This document shows, in pieces, positions 29,525 through 40,460 of a stretch of 64,000 bases of DNA. How positions within the stretch are numbered: the first letter of the stretch is position 1; the number at the start of each line of letters is the position of its first letter. Below the pieces are notes generated by a model that had not been told where the DNA came from, searched no databases, and saw nothing but the letters and a program-made list of their open reading frames with translations. The position numbers and the translations under genes are program-made. Origin of the DNA: a virus (lineage: Duplodnaviria; Caudoviricetes); the IMG/VR virus record IMGVR_UViG_3300037297_000231, positions 44 to 64,043 of that record, one strand, 5' to 3'.

Positions 29525-30934
29525 GTGAATATAGCGACATTATTTGCCAGAATAGGCTTAGATACTGGTGGTAGTTCAAAAAAAGCTCAATCTTTTCTAG
29601 ACCAATTAAAAGGCATTAAAATAGGTTTAGGTGTCGCTTCTATCGGAGTGGCAGCTTTTTCTTATGGCATTAAAAAACTTATGGATAGTGCTATTCAAAC
29701 CTCGTTTGCCTTAAAACAATTTAATACTGAGACTGGGTTATCTATTGAAAAACTTCAAAGATGGCAAAGTGTAGCGGACGAAACTAATAATTCAGGTAAA
29801 GCAGTCGCAGAGTCTATAAAGGCCATTGTAAGCAATCAGGAAAAACTTAAACTTGGTCAAGGCAATATTTCAGGTTATCAATTATTAGGGATAGATCCAA
29901 GACAAAATGCTTTTGATATTCTAGAACAGTTAAGAGAGAAAACAAAAGGTTTATCTCAAGGGATGAAAAAAAATGTCCTTGAGCAAATGGGTGTAAGTAA
30001 AGATTTAATCCAGGTATTAGAGTTATCCAAAACAAAATTCGATGCCCTTGCAAAAGGGGCGTTTATTATTCCAAAAGGTGCAGTTGATATGATTGATAAA
30101 GCCAGAGCTTCGTCAAAACAATTGGGAAGTGCGATTAATTATCTTAAAGGCATGATTGCTGCTAATTTAGCACCAAGTATAATCAAGATTAATAAACAGA
30201 TAATGATATGGATACGGCAAAATAAACAGGGATTAATTGAAGGTATAAAAAAACTATTTGATTGGGTGACAAGAATTATAAGAGCAATAATAAGAACTGC
30301 GGAAGCAATTGATAAGATTGTGAGATCTACTATTGGATGGAAAAATGCAATGTTAATATTATTAGGTGTTTTTACTTTGATGAATTTGCCTCTTATGACA
30401 ATAGTTGCAGGAGTTATTTTACTTATAGCGGTTATTGAGGACTTATATAGATTTTCCCAAGGGAAAAAATCTTTATTTGGAATTATGTTAAAACAATTTC
30501 CTGAATTAGAAAAATTAATGAAAAAATTTACCAGTGGCATATATGAGGGATTTAATGACCTTAAAACTTTATTTGAGCTTATAAGGGATGCGATTGATGC
30601 TATTATTAAATTAACAAAACATGATTTTAAAGGTGCTTTTAAATCTATGAAGGAAGGATTAAAAGATTTTTTTGGAAGTGACCCTAAAGAAATATTTGAA
30701 AATTATATAAAATGGATGAAAAAGAATCCTTTTATGCTTAGTTTACAGGGTATTGAAGGATTAGGAAATTTATTAATAGAAAAAAAGCAGAAAGGAAATA
30801 TAGAAAATAATTATAATACAAAAGTTGATGTATATACTAATGAGAAAATGGATGAAGAAAAATTAGCCAAGAAAATAACAGAAAAACAACAAAAAGCTAT
30901 TAATCAGGCAGATGATGAATTAGGAGGTGAATAA
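29525..30934 (+). CDS. Tape measure protein (short)
   Basis: Helical Ala/Lys-rich with hydrophobic segments; synteny. Confidence 0.75.
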   Translation: MNIATLFARIGLDTGGSSKKAQSFLDQLKGIKIGLGVASIGVAAFSYGIKKLMDSAIQTSFALKQFNTETGLSIEKLQRWQSVADETNNSGKAVAESIKAIVSNQEKLKLGQGNISGYQLLGIDPRQNAFDILEQLREKTKGLSQGMKKNVLEQMGVSKDLIQVLELSKTKFDALAKGAFIIPKGAVDMIDKARASSKQLGSAINYLKGMIAANLAPSIIKINKQIMIWIRQNKQGLIEGIKKLFDWVTRIIRAIIRTAEAIDKIVRSTIGWKNAMLILLGVFTLMNLPLMTIVAGVILLIAVIEDLYRFSQGKKSLFGIMLKQFPELEKLMKKFTSGIYEGFNDLKTLFELIRDAIDAIIKLTKHDFKGAFKSMKEGLKDFFGSDPKEIFENYIKWMKKNPFMLSLQGIEGLGNLLIEKKQKGNIENNYNTKVDVYTNEKMDEEKLAKKITEKQQKAINQADDELGGE

Positions 30935-31750
30935 TTGAGTCTTGGATTGATAACACCTGAAAGAGTTCAAATGTCACTTAATGCAGGATCATACCTTAAT
31001 AGCAAGGTTGCTGCAATTGTATCACCTAAACATGCTGAGGGAATAAATGGATGGGTTTTTGATATACCTAAAAGCGAACAGGTAAGATTATCAAGTGATA
31101 TTACAGATCATTATATGGAGAATAATTCTTTTGTCAATGATCATATTGTTGATAGACCTATTGAAATTACTTTAAGTGGTTTTGTAGGTGAATTAGTATG
31201 GAAAAAACCTACAGGATTTGGAGCAGATCTAAACTTTTTTTCAGGTTCTTTATCAGTCGTTGATGCTTATTTAGGAGATTATTCACCACAGGAATTACAA
31301 AAACAACAGAACTTATTAGGAGAGATACAGAAAAATAATAATTTTGTTAAACAGATAGTTCAAAAGACTACTAATATTGTGAAGTCATTTTCAGGGGATG
31401 GACAATCAAAGACTTTACAGCAAGTGGCATATAATGAATTAAAAGCATTGAAAGACAATAGAAGTTTGTTAAAAGTGCAAACGCCTTTTGCATATTTTGA
31501 GAATATGCTTATCCAGGAAATTACATTTGTTCAGGGTGAGGATTCTAATTCTTATTGTGATATTTCTATAACTTTGAAAGAAGCCAGATTTGCTGAAATT
31601 TCAGTTGTAAGTTTTGATGAAGATTTATTGCCATCAAGAAATCAGCAACAGGATACAGAGGAATCTGATAATGGAACAATTAAAGGCACAGATGATGATG
31701 ATGATTTATTAATAAATCTTTATGAAGGCGTTACAGGAACAAATTTATGA
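30935..31750 (+). CDS. Tail tube initiator / baseplate protein
   Basis: ITDH..E....DH....P..ITLSG motif. Confidence 0.7.
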   Translation: MSLGLITPERVQMSLNAGSYLNSKVAAIVSPKHAEGINGWVFDIPKSEQVRLSSDITDHYMENNSFVNDHIVDRPIEITLSGFVGELVWKKPTGFGADLNFFSGSLSVVDAYLGDYSPQELQKQQNLLGEIQKNNNFVKQIVQKTTNIVKSFSGDGQSKTLQQVAYNELKALKDNRSLLKVQTPFAYFENMLIQEITFVQGEDSNSYCDISITLKEARFAEISVVSFDEDLLPSRNQQQDTEESDNGTIKGTDDDDDLLINLYEGVTGTNL

Positions 31751-32109
31751 AAAAGATTAGTGGATTACAAAAAATTGCTTCTCAAAAATGGAGAACTCCA
31801 ATTAATGATGGCATAATTGAATTCCGGTTAATCTATAGGCCGGCAATACAAATGTGGTTCATTGACATTACTTTTAATAATTTTACCGTCAAAGGAATGA
31901 GAGTTTGCCAGAGTTTAAATTTGTTGCATCAATATAAAAAACTTTTGCCTTTTGGGTTATTTATTTATATTGCAGATGGTGTTGAGCCATTTCTAATAAG
32001 TGATTTTTCATCAGAAAGAGTAATTATATATATTCTTGATGATACTGAAAAAGATTCGATAGATAGTTATTATCAGGATAGAAAAGAATTTTTAGAATTG
32101 GGAGAATAA
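31747..32109 (+). CDS. Baseplate protein
   Basis: Synteny. Confidence 0.6.
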   Translation: MKKISGLQKIASQKWRTPINDGIIEFRLIYRPAIQMWFIDITFNNFTVKGMRVCQSLNLLHQYKKLLPFGLFIYIADGVEPFLISDFSSERVIIYILDDTEKDSIDSYYQDRKEFLELGE

Positions 32110-32110
32110 A

Positions 32111-32956
32111 TTGGCAAGATTCATGAGAAATTATGAGATACAAATATTAACTCCTCAGAATGAATTGATCACAATAAAACCGCCTTTTAGTATGAGGTGT
32201 AATATAAAAAGGAATACTCTGGCTTCGACTAACACTACAAGTTTAACTTTAATAAATTTATCAGAACTAAATAGAGCAAAATTATATAAAGATAGATATA
32301 CTTTTACTGAATATTGGCAAATGACCATAAAAGCAGGTTATGAAAAAATGATAACTTTATTTCAGGGAAACTTGTATGAAGTTTATAGTTATAAAGAAGG
32401 CACAGAATGGTACACACAAATTGAAGCATATGACGGCCAATATGCTATTCAAAATGGGTTTATTTCGGAAACTGTCCAGAAGGAAACACCTCAAGAAAAT
32501 GTGATTAATACTGTAATAAAAGCATTCCCACAGATGATTAAAGGTAAAATAGGCATACCGGGTGAAGGTGAAAATAAAAGAGGAAAGGTTTTGTTTGGAC
32601 CGGTTAAGGGAGTCATGGATCAGGAAACTAATGGTAAATGGTTTATTGATAAAGAGACTATACATGCAATAGATAATGATGAAGTTATTTCAAATGAGGT
32701 AGTAGTTTTGGATTCTCAATTACTGAAAACTACACCAAAAAGAAGGGATACTTTTCTTGATTGTGATTGTTTATTTTTTCCTGAAGCTGAAATAGGTTAT
32801 TATTGTCAATTAGAAAGTAAATTTACTATTTATAATGGGCAGTATAAGATAATTGGATTTGAACATGATATTAATATTTCAGGGGCAGAATGTGGGGAGT
32901 CTAATACTAAAATTAGCCTTTATGCAGGGGCTAGAAATTTACAGGTGGTACAATGA
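32111..32956 (+). CDS. Baseplate hub protein
   Basis: I.NLSE, AGY...LF.G, NG.YK motifs; synteny. Confidence 0.7.
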   Translation: MARFMRNYEIQILTPQNELITIKPPFSMRCNIKRNTLASTNTTSLTLINLSELNRAKLYKDRYTFTEYWQMTIKAGYEKMITLFQGNLYEVYSYKEGTEWYTQIEAYDGQYAIQNGFISETVQKETPQENVINTVIKAFPQMIKGKIGIPGEGENKRGKVLFGPVKGVMDQETNGKWFIDKETIHAIDNDEVISNEVVVLDSQLLKTTPKRRDTFLDCDCLFFPEAEIGYYCQLESKFTIYNGQYKIIGFEHDINISGAECGESNTKISLYAGARNLQVVQ

Positions 32957-33756
32957 GTGATACAACAATAAAAAAAACAGTGTCGCCTCCTAATTTAAGT
33001 ACATTGTTATCAAATTTGAAAAAAGATATATTTTCCAATATAAATTGTATCCAGGTAGGAAAAATTGATAGTTATGATACAGCCAGCCAGAGTTGTACTA
33101 TTAAGATCCAGATGAAAAGGAAAATAAGTGATACTGAATCAAAGGAATATCCGTTATTAATTGATTGCCCGGTTTTTGTTTTACAGGGCGGAGGTGCTTA
33201 TATTGATTTTCCTATACAACAAGATGATTATTGCCTGGTATTATTTAATGATAGGGATATAGATACATGGTGGGATTCTGAGAATTTAGCCGAGCCGAAT
33301 ACTACTAGAAAACATTCATTGTCAGATGGCTTTGCATTGGTAGGGATTAATCCGAAAAATAGTGTTTTAGATTTGGATGGTGATAAAGTAAGAATTATCA
33401 CAAATGATTATCCTTTTGAATTATATACTAAAAGTAAAGAGTCTAAAATTTATAATGATAATGCTTCAGTAATAATGAAAGATACAGGAGAATTCTTGAT
33501 AGAAAATAATTCAGGTAAATTTAAGATAGATGCATCCGGAAATATTACATTTAATGATGGGACAGAGGCTTATGTATTAGGCACAAGCCTTGAAACAGCA
33601 ATGGGAGTTCTTTTGGCATTAATTAAGGCTCATACTCATGATGTTGCAGGGGTTCAGGCAGGAAGTAGCACAATAACATCTTCAACATCAACATCATTGC
33701 AAAGTGCTAGTAATCCGGTTACAAATAACTTAAGTACGCAAATAAAGGGTAAATGA
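32953..33756 (+). CDS. Baseplate spike (Gp138-like N-terminus)
   Basis: L.DCPV...GG, F.DRDID.W, R.HSLSDG, HTH tip motif. Confidence 0.8.
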   Translation: MSDTTIKKTVSPPNLSTLLSNLKKDIFSNINCIQVGKIDSYDTASQSCTIKIQMKRKISDTESKEYPLLIDCPVFVLQGGGAYIDFPIQQDDYCLVLFNDRDIDTWWDSENLAEPNTTRKHSLSDGFALVGINPKNSVLDLDGDKVRIITNDYPFELYTKSKESKIYNDNASVIMKDTGEFLIENNSGKFKIDASGNITFNDGTEAYVLGTSLETAMGVLLALIKAHTHDVAGVQAGSSTITSSTSTSLQSASNPVTNNLSTQIKGK

Positions 33757-34091
33757 TGATAATTAGAAGAAATGATGATAATGGAGATTGGCAATATGGA
33801 AGAGGTAAAGCTGATTATCTAAAAGACGAAGACGCTTTAAAGCAAAATCTAAAAACCAGATTGGCTTCATGGCTAAGAGATTGTTTTTTTGATTTAAATG
33901 CAGGTGTTGATTATAATAATTATTTAGATATAGGATCTAAAAGCTTTTTAGATCTAAATGTAAAACAAGTTATTTTGCAGACTGCGGATGTTATTAAAAT
34001 AAATACTTATGAAAGCACTATTGAAGAAAGAGAGCTTACAATAACAGCTAATATTTATACTATATATGGAAATATAGATTTTATTTATTAA
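33753..34091 (+). CDS. Baseplate wedge (gp25-like)
   Basis: D.NGDW..G, TRL...DCFFD...GVD, TIYG motifs. Confidence 0.75.
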   Translation: MMIIRRNDDNGDWQYGRGKADYLKDEDALKQNLKTRLASWLRDCFFDLNAGVDYNNYLDIGSKSFLDLNVKQVILQTADVIKINTYESTIEERELTITANIYTIYGNIDFIY

Positions 34092-34102
34092 GGAGATACA
34101 AA

Positions 34103-35293
34103 ATGTCAGATGTTTTAGATGCTACCGGATTAACCTTAAAAACATTAAGCGAATTAAGGGAAGAATTAGTAGGTGATTTAAAGGACATCTATGGTGATGA
34201 TATAAATGTTGATCAGAATTCTCAAGATGGACAGTCTATAAATATATATTGCCAGGGTGGTATAGATATTAGAGAAGTAGTTCAGAAAGTATATACTTCT
34301 TTTGATCCAGACGAAGCAGAAGGAAGAATTTTAGACCAAAGAGTAGGTATAAATGGAATTGAAAGAAATTCAGGTACTTATACTTATGTTGATATTACAT
34401 TTACAATAGATAGATCATTAAATTTGGTGGGGCTTGACGATCAGGCAGACGAACTTGAACCTACTGTAACAAATTTATACACAGCAAAAGATGATGCAGG
34501 GAATGAATTTTATTTGCTTGAGAGTCAAAATATTATTTATCCTACAACTGAGGAGTTGACTTTTACATTTAGAGCAAAAGAAATCGGAATTATTGAGGTT
34601 ACTCCTTTAACTATTACAACGCCAGTAACAATAGTTGCAGGAGTATTATCAATAACCAATACAAGCTCAGCTAATAGTGTTGGAGTCGATGAAGAAAGCG
34701 ATTTTGATTTAAAACGCCGCAGGAGAGGCTCGGTTGCATTGTCAGCATCAGGATATCTGGATTCTATTGAAGCAGCGATTCTCAATGTCGATGATGTGAC
34801 AGATGCAGTGGTTCATGAAAATGATACAGATTCAGTTGATGGCGATGGAATTCCAGCACACTCTATATGGTGTATTGTCGAAGGTGGAGACGATGACGAA
34901 GTGGCCTTAGCAATTTATAAGAAAAAATCTAGTGGATCTGGAATGAAAGGAGACGAAGAAATTTATGTCCCTAGAACCAGAAATAGAACATTTTTGATTA
35001 AATTTGATAGAGTTGTAAGCCAGGATCTATATATTAGATTTTCTATCTCGTATGTAGGTGGTGTTTATGACGCTACTTATATAAAACAACAAATAGTACA
35101 ATATGTATTATGGGAAATGGGTAAAGATGCATCCAGTGATGCCGTTACTTGTTTTGTAAAATCTTTAAATTCAGAATACATAATTACTGGGTGCCAGGTA
35201 TCAGATGATGGGGTAAGCTGGGCCGAAACTGTTAGTACAACAGATAAAAAAAGCAAGTTTCAAAATGATGTAACACGGATTACGATTACTTAA
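34103..35293 (+). CDS. Baseplate J-like wedge protein
   Basis: G.DEESD..L..R, END..D.DGIPAHSI..IVEGG motifs. Confidence 0.88.
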   Translation: MSDVLDATGLTLKTLSELREELVGDLKDIYGDDINVDQNSQDGQSINIYCQGGIDIREVVQKVYTSFDPDEAEGRILDQRVGINGIERNSGTYTYVDITFTIDRSLNLVGLDDQADELEPTVTNLYTAKDDAGNEFYLLESQNIIYPTTEELTFTFRAKEIGIIEVTPLTITTPVTIVAGVLSITNTSSANSVGVDEESDFDLKRRRRGSVALSASGYLDSIEAAILNVDDVTDAVVHENDTDSVDGDGIPAHSIWCIVEGGDDDEVALAIYKKKSSGSGMKGDEEIYVPRTRNRTFLIKFDRVVSQDLYIRFSISYVGGVYDATYIKQQIVQYVLWEMGKDASSDAVTCFVKSLNSEYIITGCQVSDDGVSWAETVSTTDKKSKFQNDVTRITIT

Positions 35294-35301
35294 GAGGGAA
35301 T

Positions 35302-36045
35302 ATGACAAACGAAGAGTTGATTTTATATTATGCTAACCGTTTAATTTTACAGTATCGCAATCAGGAAAAAGCACCTGAACATATAAAGGCTTTATTAAAA
35401 ATAGTTGTTTTATTAGAGCTTTTAGTTGATATTGAAAATGGTTTTAGCATATATAATTCGGAAGGATTTCAACAGGATATCGTTGGGAAATATCTTGGTG
35501 TTGATAGAATCATTAAAGCCACAGCATTTACAAGGGATTATTGGGGTTATTGTGAATATGGCGATACAAGTCCTTTTGATTTTTTCCCTTATTGTAAATA
35601 TGGCCAGATTGCACCTGATGTTCAGATTAGATCTTATAAGGAATCTCAGCAGTCATTATACGAATTAACGGATGAAGAATTCAGATTTGTAATGAAAATG
35701 AAGATTATACAAAATAATTCTAATCATTCAGCATATGAAATAGATCGGTTTATTTATAGATATTTTCCTTCAGAGGCAATTTTTAGTGATTTTATTGATC
35801 GTGGGAATATGTCTATAGCATATATTTTTAATGAGTCTTCAGAGAGAATGGTAACTATCTTAGTCTCTGAGAATTTATTACCGAAACCGGCCGGCGTTGC
35901 CGTCACTGTTAGTTTTGTACCAGATATAAATCATTTATTTGGTTATGCAACATATAGCGGTGTTTATCCGGATTTCATTTATGGTTATATAAAATATGGG
36001 GATGTTCCCCAGGGAGGTTGGTTACAATATGGCACAATTATCTAG
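35302..36045 (+). CDS. Baseplate wedge subunit (DUF2612-like)
   Basis: LI.QY, G.Q.D..G..G..R, LPKPAGV motifs. Confidence 0.8.
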   Translation: MTNEELILYYANRLILQYRNQEKAPEHIKALLKIVVLLELLVDIENGFSIYNSEGFQQDIVGKYLGVDRIIKATAFTRDYWGYCEYGDTSPFDFFPYCKYGQIAPDVQIRSYKESQQSLYELTDEEFRFVMKMKIIQNNSNHSAYEIDRFIYRYFPSEAIFSDFIDRGNMSIAYIFNESSERMVTILVSENLLPKPAGVAVTVSFVPDINHLFGYATYSGVYPDFIYGYIKYGDVPQGGWLQYGTII

Positions 36046-37489
36046 AGCTTTACAAAAAATTTTTGGTAATACAGGGGGAACTAGTGAATTCGGTAAAATA
36101 GGATCTGAGGCAGCCGGTTCTCCGTCGACTACTAAAGATTTGGATCTAATTCAAAGTTTATCGCAATATTTACAAGGGTTATATGCTATCACGGCATCGG
36201 CAAATGAGCCGCCTAGAATAGAGGATATTAACGCTTTATATTTTTTAATTACAAGTCAATTAAGTTATATTTTTCAGAATGGTATTGCAAAATATCTTTC
36301 AACCGAAGAATATTATGTGGGATCTGTAATTGTTGATTTTAATAATGATTTGTATATCTCAATCTATGGGACGGATGGGGATCCTAATCAGGGAAATACT
36401 CCTTCATCAAGTCCGACTTATTGGCGGTTATTAGTTGATTATGCAGGAGCTCTGAATAAAGCAGTTGCAGCTGAAATAAATGCAATGAGTGAAAAGACGA
36501 CGCTGGTAAGTGATGATGAATTTGTTATTGAAGATTCGGCTGCTAGTTATGGGAAGAAAAAAACTAAATATTCAAGCTTATTAAGTGGAATTCAGTCAGG
36601 CGTATCTCATTCTTCAAGTGCAGATTATACTATTCAAGATACAGATTTATATAGTAGGTATAATATAGTACATTCAGATACCACACCTTTGATAAATAGG
36701 AATCTTCCTACATTGGCGGATAATATTGGAAAAGAATTTGTTCTTCAAAATATAGGGTATTCTGGATTAACATATATTAATTCAGAAGAAGGAGCAAATA
36801 TATATTTTGGAGAAAATACTTTATCAATATTAAAATTATTTATGCAGGGTGATTATGCTATATTAAGAGCAGAAAGTTCAGGGTGGATAGTAACCCATTG
36901 TCATATTTCTATGCTAACAGGATGGATGAATCGAGCAGATTGGACAAATGTTAATATTAGTTCTGCGTTCACTTACGATAATAAGAGTGCTGCGGTTGAT
37001 CTTACAGGGCAAAAATTTACGGAAGCTGATACAGGAAACACGGGATTAATAATTTACGATAGCGGTGGAACGGGCGCAAGTGGAATTGTCTATATTGCAA
37101 ATTGGACAGGTACAGGATATGCAACAAATAATAAAGTATGTACTTGTGGAAGTGGTGGATATACATTTGATGTGGATGAAGGGACTGGAAGTTCAAAAAA
37201 TGTTGATTATAATTTCTATCATAATATTGGATTAAATTTAGATTATTTTCAAACAAATATATTTATCAATTCCTCTGCATCTTTTACGGACGCAATAAGG
37301 CCATTGTTAAATCAAACAGTCGCAGGAGCTCAATACGGGTGGAATTTTATTCAAAAAAGTACTTCTTATATAGAATTAAGAACAGCAATACAAGGACTGT
37401 GTGGTTATGTCCCAAGTGGAGGAGGCGCGGTAGTTGGTATTGATACAAATGATTGGTACATAAATATAAATTTAGTGATAATAGGTTAA
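36029..37489 (+). CDS. Tail fibre / receptor-binding protein
   Basis: Start at 36029 after GGGAGG; P..ED.N.L...L.Y.FQ.GI...EYY.GS N-terminal anchor; beta-rich C-terminus. Confidence 0.75.
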   Translation: MAQLSRALQKIFGNTGGTSEFGKIGSEAAGSPSTTKDLDLIQSLSQYLQGLYAITASANEPPRIEDINALYFLITSQLSYIFQNGIAKYLSTEEYYVGSVIVDFNNDLYISIYGTDGDPNQGNTPSSSPTYWRLLVDYAGALNKAVAAEINAMSEKTTLVSDDEFVIEDSAASYGKKKTKYSSLLSGIQSGVSHSSSADYTIQDTDLYSRYNIVHSDTTPLINRNLPTLADNIGKEFVLQNIGYSGLTYINSEEGANIYFGENTLSILKLFMQGDYAILRAESSGWIVTHCHISMLTGWMNRADWTNVNISSAFTYDNKSAAVDLTGQKFTEADTGNTGLIIYDSGGTGASGIVYIANWTGTGYATNNKVCTCGSGGYTFDVDEGTGSSKNVDYNFYHNIGLNLDYFQTNIFINSSASFTDAIRPLLNQTVAGAQYGWNFIQKSTSYIELRTAIQGLCGYVPSGGGAVVGIDTNDWYININLVIIG

Positions 37490-37500
37490 GGAGTAAAATT

Positions 37501-38001
37501 ATGATAAAAGAAAAAATAAAAAATGGTGAAGGGTTTATAGAAGTTGAGGGAGTTATTTATACTGCTAAAGAATGGGATGAAATGACAGACCCTAAATGGA
37601 ATAAAACTGCGAAAGATTATCAGAAAAAATCTGATCAAGCAAAAATTGATTTTGCTGATAACCCAGTAGGATTAGAGGAAAGAATGCAAGAACTTAGTAA
37701 TAATTTGAAGAAAACAAGAAAAGCTATGAATCCGGATTATTTAGAAAATCAAAAGAAGAAAATAACTAAGATATTTTCACAGCATGATTACAAAATTGTT
37801 GACAATAAACTTGTCTTGTTGACAGAACCAGAAAAACTTGATATTGCAAAAGAAAGAAAGAAAAAAGATATTGCTTTACAGTTAACACAGCTATATCCAG
37901 AAAAGGTAATAGATGGTACTCTGAAAGTTTTAAGCGAAGAAAAAAATGCTGAAATTGATCTACTTAAAGAAATAAAATATGTTGAAGAATATAGAATATA
38001 A
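37501..38001 (+). CDS. Hypothetical, possible fibre assembly protein
   Basis: Follows the fibre gene; AAGGAG RBS. Confidence 0.45.
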   Translation: MIKEKIKNGEGFIEVEGVIYTAKEWDEMTDPKWNKTAKDYQKKSDQAKIDFADNPVGLEERMQELSNNLKKTRKAMNPDYLENQKKKITKIFSQHDYKIVDNKLVLLTEPEKLDIAKERKKKDIALQLTQLYPEKVIDGTLKVLSEEKNAEIDLLKEIKYVEEYRI

Positions 38002-38022
38002 TAAGAAAAAAGAGGTAAAAGA

Positions 38023-38631
38023 ATGTTAAAAATTATAAAAAATATCGAAACCTGGAAAATTATATTGATGGGAATAATAATTTTATCAGTTGCATTTAGT
38101 GGGATTAATGTAAAAACAAAATGGATATCATTTTCAAGGGCGAATAAGGAAATGACAAAAGTTAAAGCACAGACTAATAATGCAATTGACATGAAGAATG
38201 CAATGGTAGTAGAACTATGTAATTTATATGAAATTGTATTAAGAGAATTTATTAAAGATAAAAATTTAGATATTCCCTATTCTAAAATAAAATCTGATGT
38301 GAAATACTATAAACTGATTGCAATTGCTATGAGTGATGCATGTGAAGATATAACCATTGATCGATATATTCATAATAATGATTTATACCGATATCAAAAT
38401 CAAAATGATTGGATAGCGTTCAAGCAAAATGTTGTTAATGTGTATATGCGAAAAGGAACAGAGATAATAGAGAACCTATATGATAATTCAAAAGTTATTC
38501 TCCCATTAAATGAATGGCATCAACGAGGAGGCTTGAGAATATATAATACATTATCAAAAAATTCTAATGAAATGCTGGAATTCCTTAAAAAAGAAAGTTG
38601 TATTTTTCACAAACAAGGTAATGGAGGATAA
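38023..38631 (+). CDS. Membrane-anchored hypothetical protein (lysis region)
   Basis: N-terminal TM segment. Confidence 0.45.
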   Translation: MLKIIKNIETWKIILMGIIILSVAFSGINVKTKWISFSRANKEMTKVKAQTNNAIDMKNAMVVELCNLYEIVLREFIKDKNLDIPYSKIKSDVKYYKLIAIAMSDACEDITIDRYIHNNDLYRYQNQNDWIAFKQNVVNVYMRKGTEIIENLYDNSKVILPLNEWHQRGGLRIYNTLSKNSNEMLEFLKKESCIFHKQGNGG

Positions 38632-38765
38632 GATGAAATGCCCTGACTGTAAGATAGGTGATATTAATACTGAAATTGAGTTAATAGATGAAAAAAAATA
38701 TCTTATAGAATCTTGCAGTAATTGTGATAAATATGATAAAATATATTTACATAAGGAGATAGAAG

Positions 38766-39245
38766 ATGAAATTATTGAAACAAAGATTGACTAGCCCTTT
38801 TGGTCCAAGACTACATCCTAAATATGGAGGTAAAGAATTTCATACTGGTGTTGATTTAGTTGATGATAAATCACATCATGTATATTGTGCATATGAAGGA
38901 ATTATACGAAGATCTAAATTTGGGAATTTTGGCGAAGGGAATTATATTCAAATGGTGTCTAATATAAAAGGTATTTCTTTATATCATAATTATTTTCATA
39001 ATGAAGAAAATTTGGTTAAGGGATATGAAGATATAAAAAGAGATCAATTAATTGCTATCCAGGGAATGACTGGAACTGCAACTGGGATACATACTCATTA
39101 TGAAATTTTTATGATGGATAATCAGCTTAATGAAGATTTTGCAAAAGATTTAATCAAGTTCGTGAAAAATGAAAAAGTAGGGCATCGTATATTTTTTGAA
39201 CCTTTCATGTTAGATAGATATTTTGAAAAGAGAGGGATAGTATGA
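38766..39245 (+). CDS. M23 family peptidase, probable endolysin
   Basis: TSPFGPR.HP, FHTGVD, Y.H, G.TG.ATG.H.HYE motifs. Confidence 0.85.
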   Translation: MKLLKQRLTSPFGPRLHPKYGGKEFHTGVDLVDDKSHHVYCAYEGIIRRSKFGNFGEGNYIQMVSNIKGISLYHNYFHNEENLVKGYEDIKRDQLIAIQGMTGTATGIHTHYEIFMMDNQLNEDFAKDLIKFVKNEKVGHRIFFEPFMLDRYFEKRGIV

Positions 39246-39685
39246 TAATTATTTTATTTATTATTTATGGACTTTTGGGTTATTGCTTAGAAGGTATATT
39301 TAATCGCATTACAATGGGAGCTATAGTTGAAAATGAACTAAATAAACCAAGTAAAGCAATGTTTTGTTATAGCTCAATTTATATGATTCCTATTTTCGGA
39401 ATATCTGGAGTTTGTATTTCTTTGATATATAATTATGTACCTTTTTTTCAAAGATATATAGCAATACCTATTATGATGTTAATAGGTGCAATTATAATAG
39501 ATTTAATTGAATTAGGCAGCGGGATGTTATTGAATAAAGTCTTAAAACTAAGTATTTGGGATTATTCTAATAGTAAGCTTAATTTGTTTGGACAAATAGA
39601 CTTACTGCATTCAATCGGATGGGCAGCGATAACAATTCCAATATGTTTTAAAAATGATTTAATTCGCTTATTAGCGAAAATGTAA
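39242..39685 (+). CDS. Multi-pass membrane protein (DUF1113 / putative ABC permease-like)
   Basis: G...E, IEL.SG.LLN, WDYS....NL.GQI motifs. Confidence 0.7.
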   Translation: MIIILFIIYGLLGYCLEGIFNRITMGAIVENELNKPSKAMFCYSSIYMIPIFGISGVCISLIYNYVPFFQRYIAIPIMMLIGAIIIDLIELGSGMLLNKVLKLSIWDYSNSKLNLFGQIDLLHSIGWAAITIPICFKNDLIRLLAKM

Positions 39686-39696
39686 GGAGTAAAGTA

Positions 39697-40131
39697 ATGA
39701 AAAAATTTTTAGCAATTTGCAGTATTTTATTTATGTTATTAACACCGCTTTTTAGCGGGCTTAATCAACATACTTATCCAATATTCAATGATTGGGTATA
39801 TGATGGGTATAATAATGAGGGAGACTGGGTTGCCTTTGATCTTGGAACTCTTGACGGCCAATTAAATAATAAGCAATCTTTTGTAAGAATAACACTTGAA
39901 GTAACTGAAATAGATACTGATGGGTCAGAATATGTTCATCTATATCTTCGAGAACATGGTGGAGGATATTCAACTGTTAGACAAGTATCGGTTAATTACA
40001 ATAATGGGCTTAAAGGTGAAATTGAATGCTGGACAGATTCTGAGGGATGGATTGATTATAAAATAGATTATGGATGGTGGGAATCTAAAAAAGTCAAAGT
40101 AATGATAAGGATAGTAAATAGTATAAACTGA
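39697..40131 (+). CDS. Secreted beta-rich protein
   Basis: Signal peptide; similarity to the C-terminus of 58543-59232. Confidence 0.5.
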   Translation: MKKFLAICSILFMLLTPLFSGLNQHTYPIFNDWVYDGYNNEGDWVAFDLGTLDGQLNNKQSFVRITLEVTEIDTDGSEYVHLYLREHGGGYSTVRQVSVNYNNGLKGEIECWTDSEGWIDYKIDYGWWESKKVKVMIRIVNSIN

Positions 40132-40460
40132 TGGAAAAAATACGAATTATTATATCTATAATATTCACAATGGCAAGTGTAACAATTATAAAACTTATTG
40201 TTATATGGATAGAAGCACAGATAAAAGAACAATTTGAAAATCACGAAAAAATAATTAAAATTGTAAATAATTTTTATCCATTATTAACCATAGGCTTTTC
40301 TATCTTATTGGCTTTTACTTATCCTGCTATTCTTTTAGATAAATATAGTTTTGTATTGAATTTTATACTCTATTGCGGTGGTATATTGCTTGTTTATCAT
40401 TGGCTGTTTAAAACAATTGTGGATAGAATAATTAAATATATCCAGAATAAAACACTATAA
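40131..40460 (+). CDS. Putative holin (3 TM)
   Basis: 109 aa, three hydrophobic segments, lysis region. Confidence 0.45.
   Translation: MEKIRIIISIIFTMASVTIIKLIVIWIEAQIKEQFENHEKIIKIVNNFYPLLTIGFSILLAFTYPAILLDKYSFVLNFILYCGGILLVYHWLFKTIVDRIIKYIQNKTL

Noticed and set aside
36029-37489. Diversity-generating retroelement or invertible fibre cassette
   Set aside because: No reverse transcriptase, template repeat or invertase seen.
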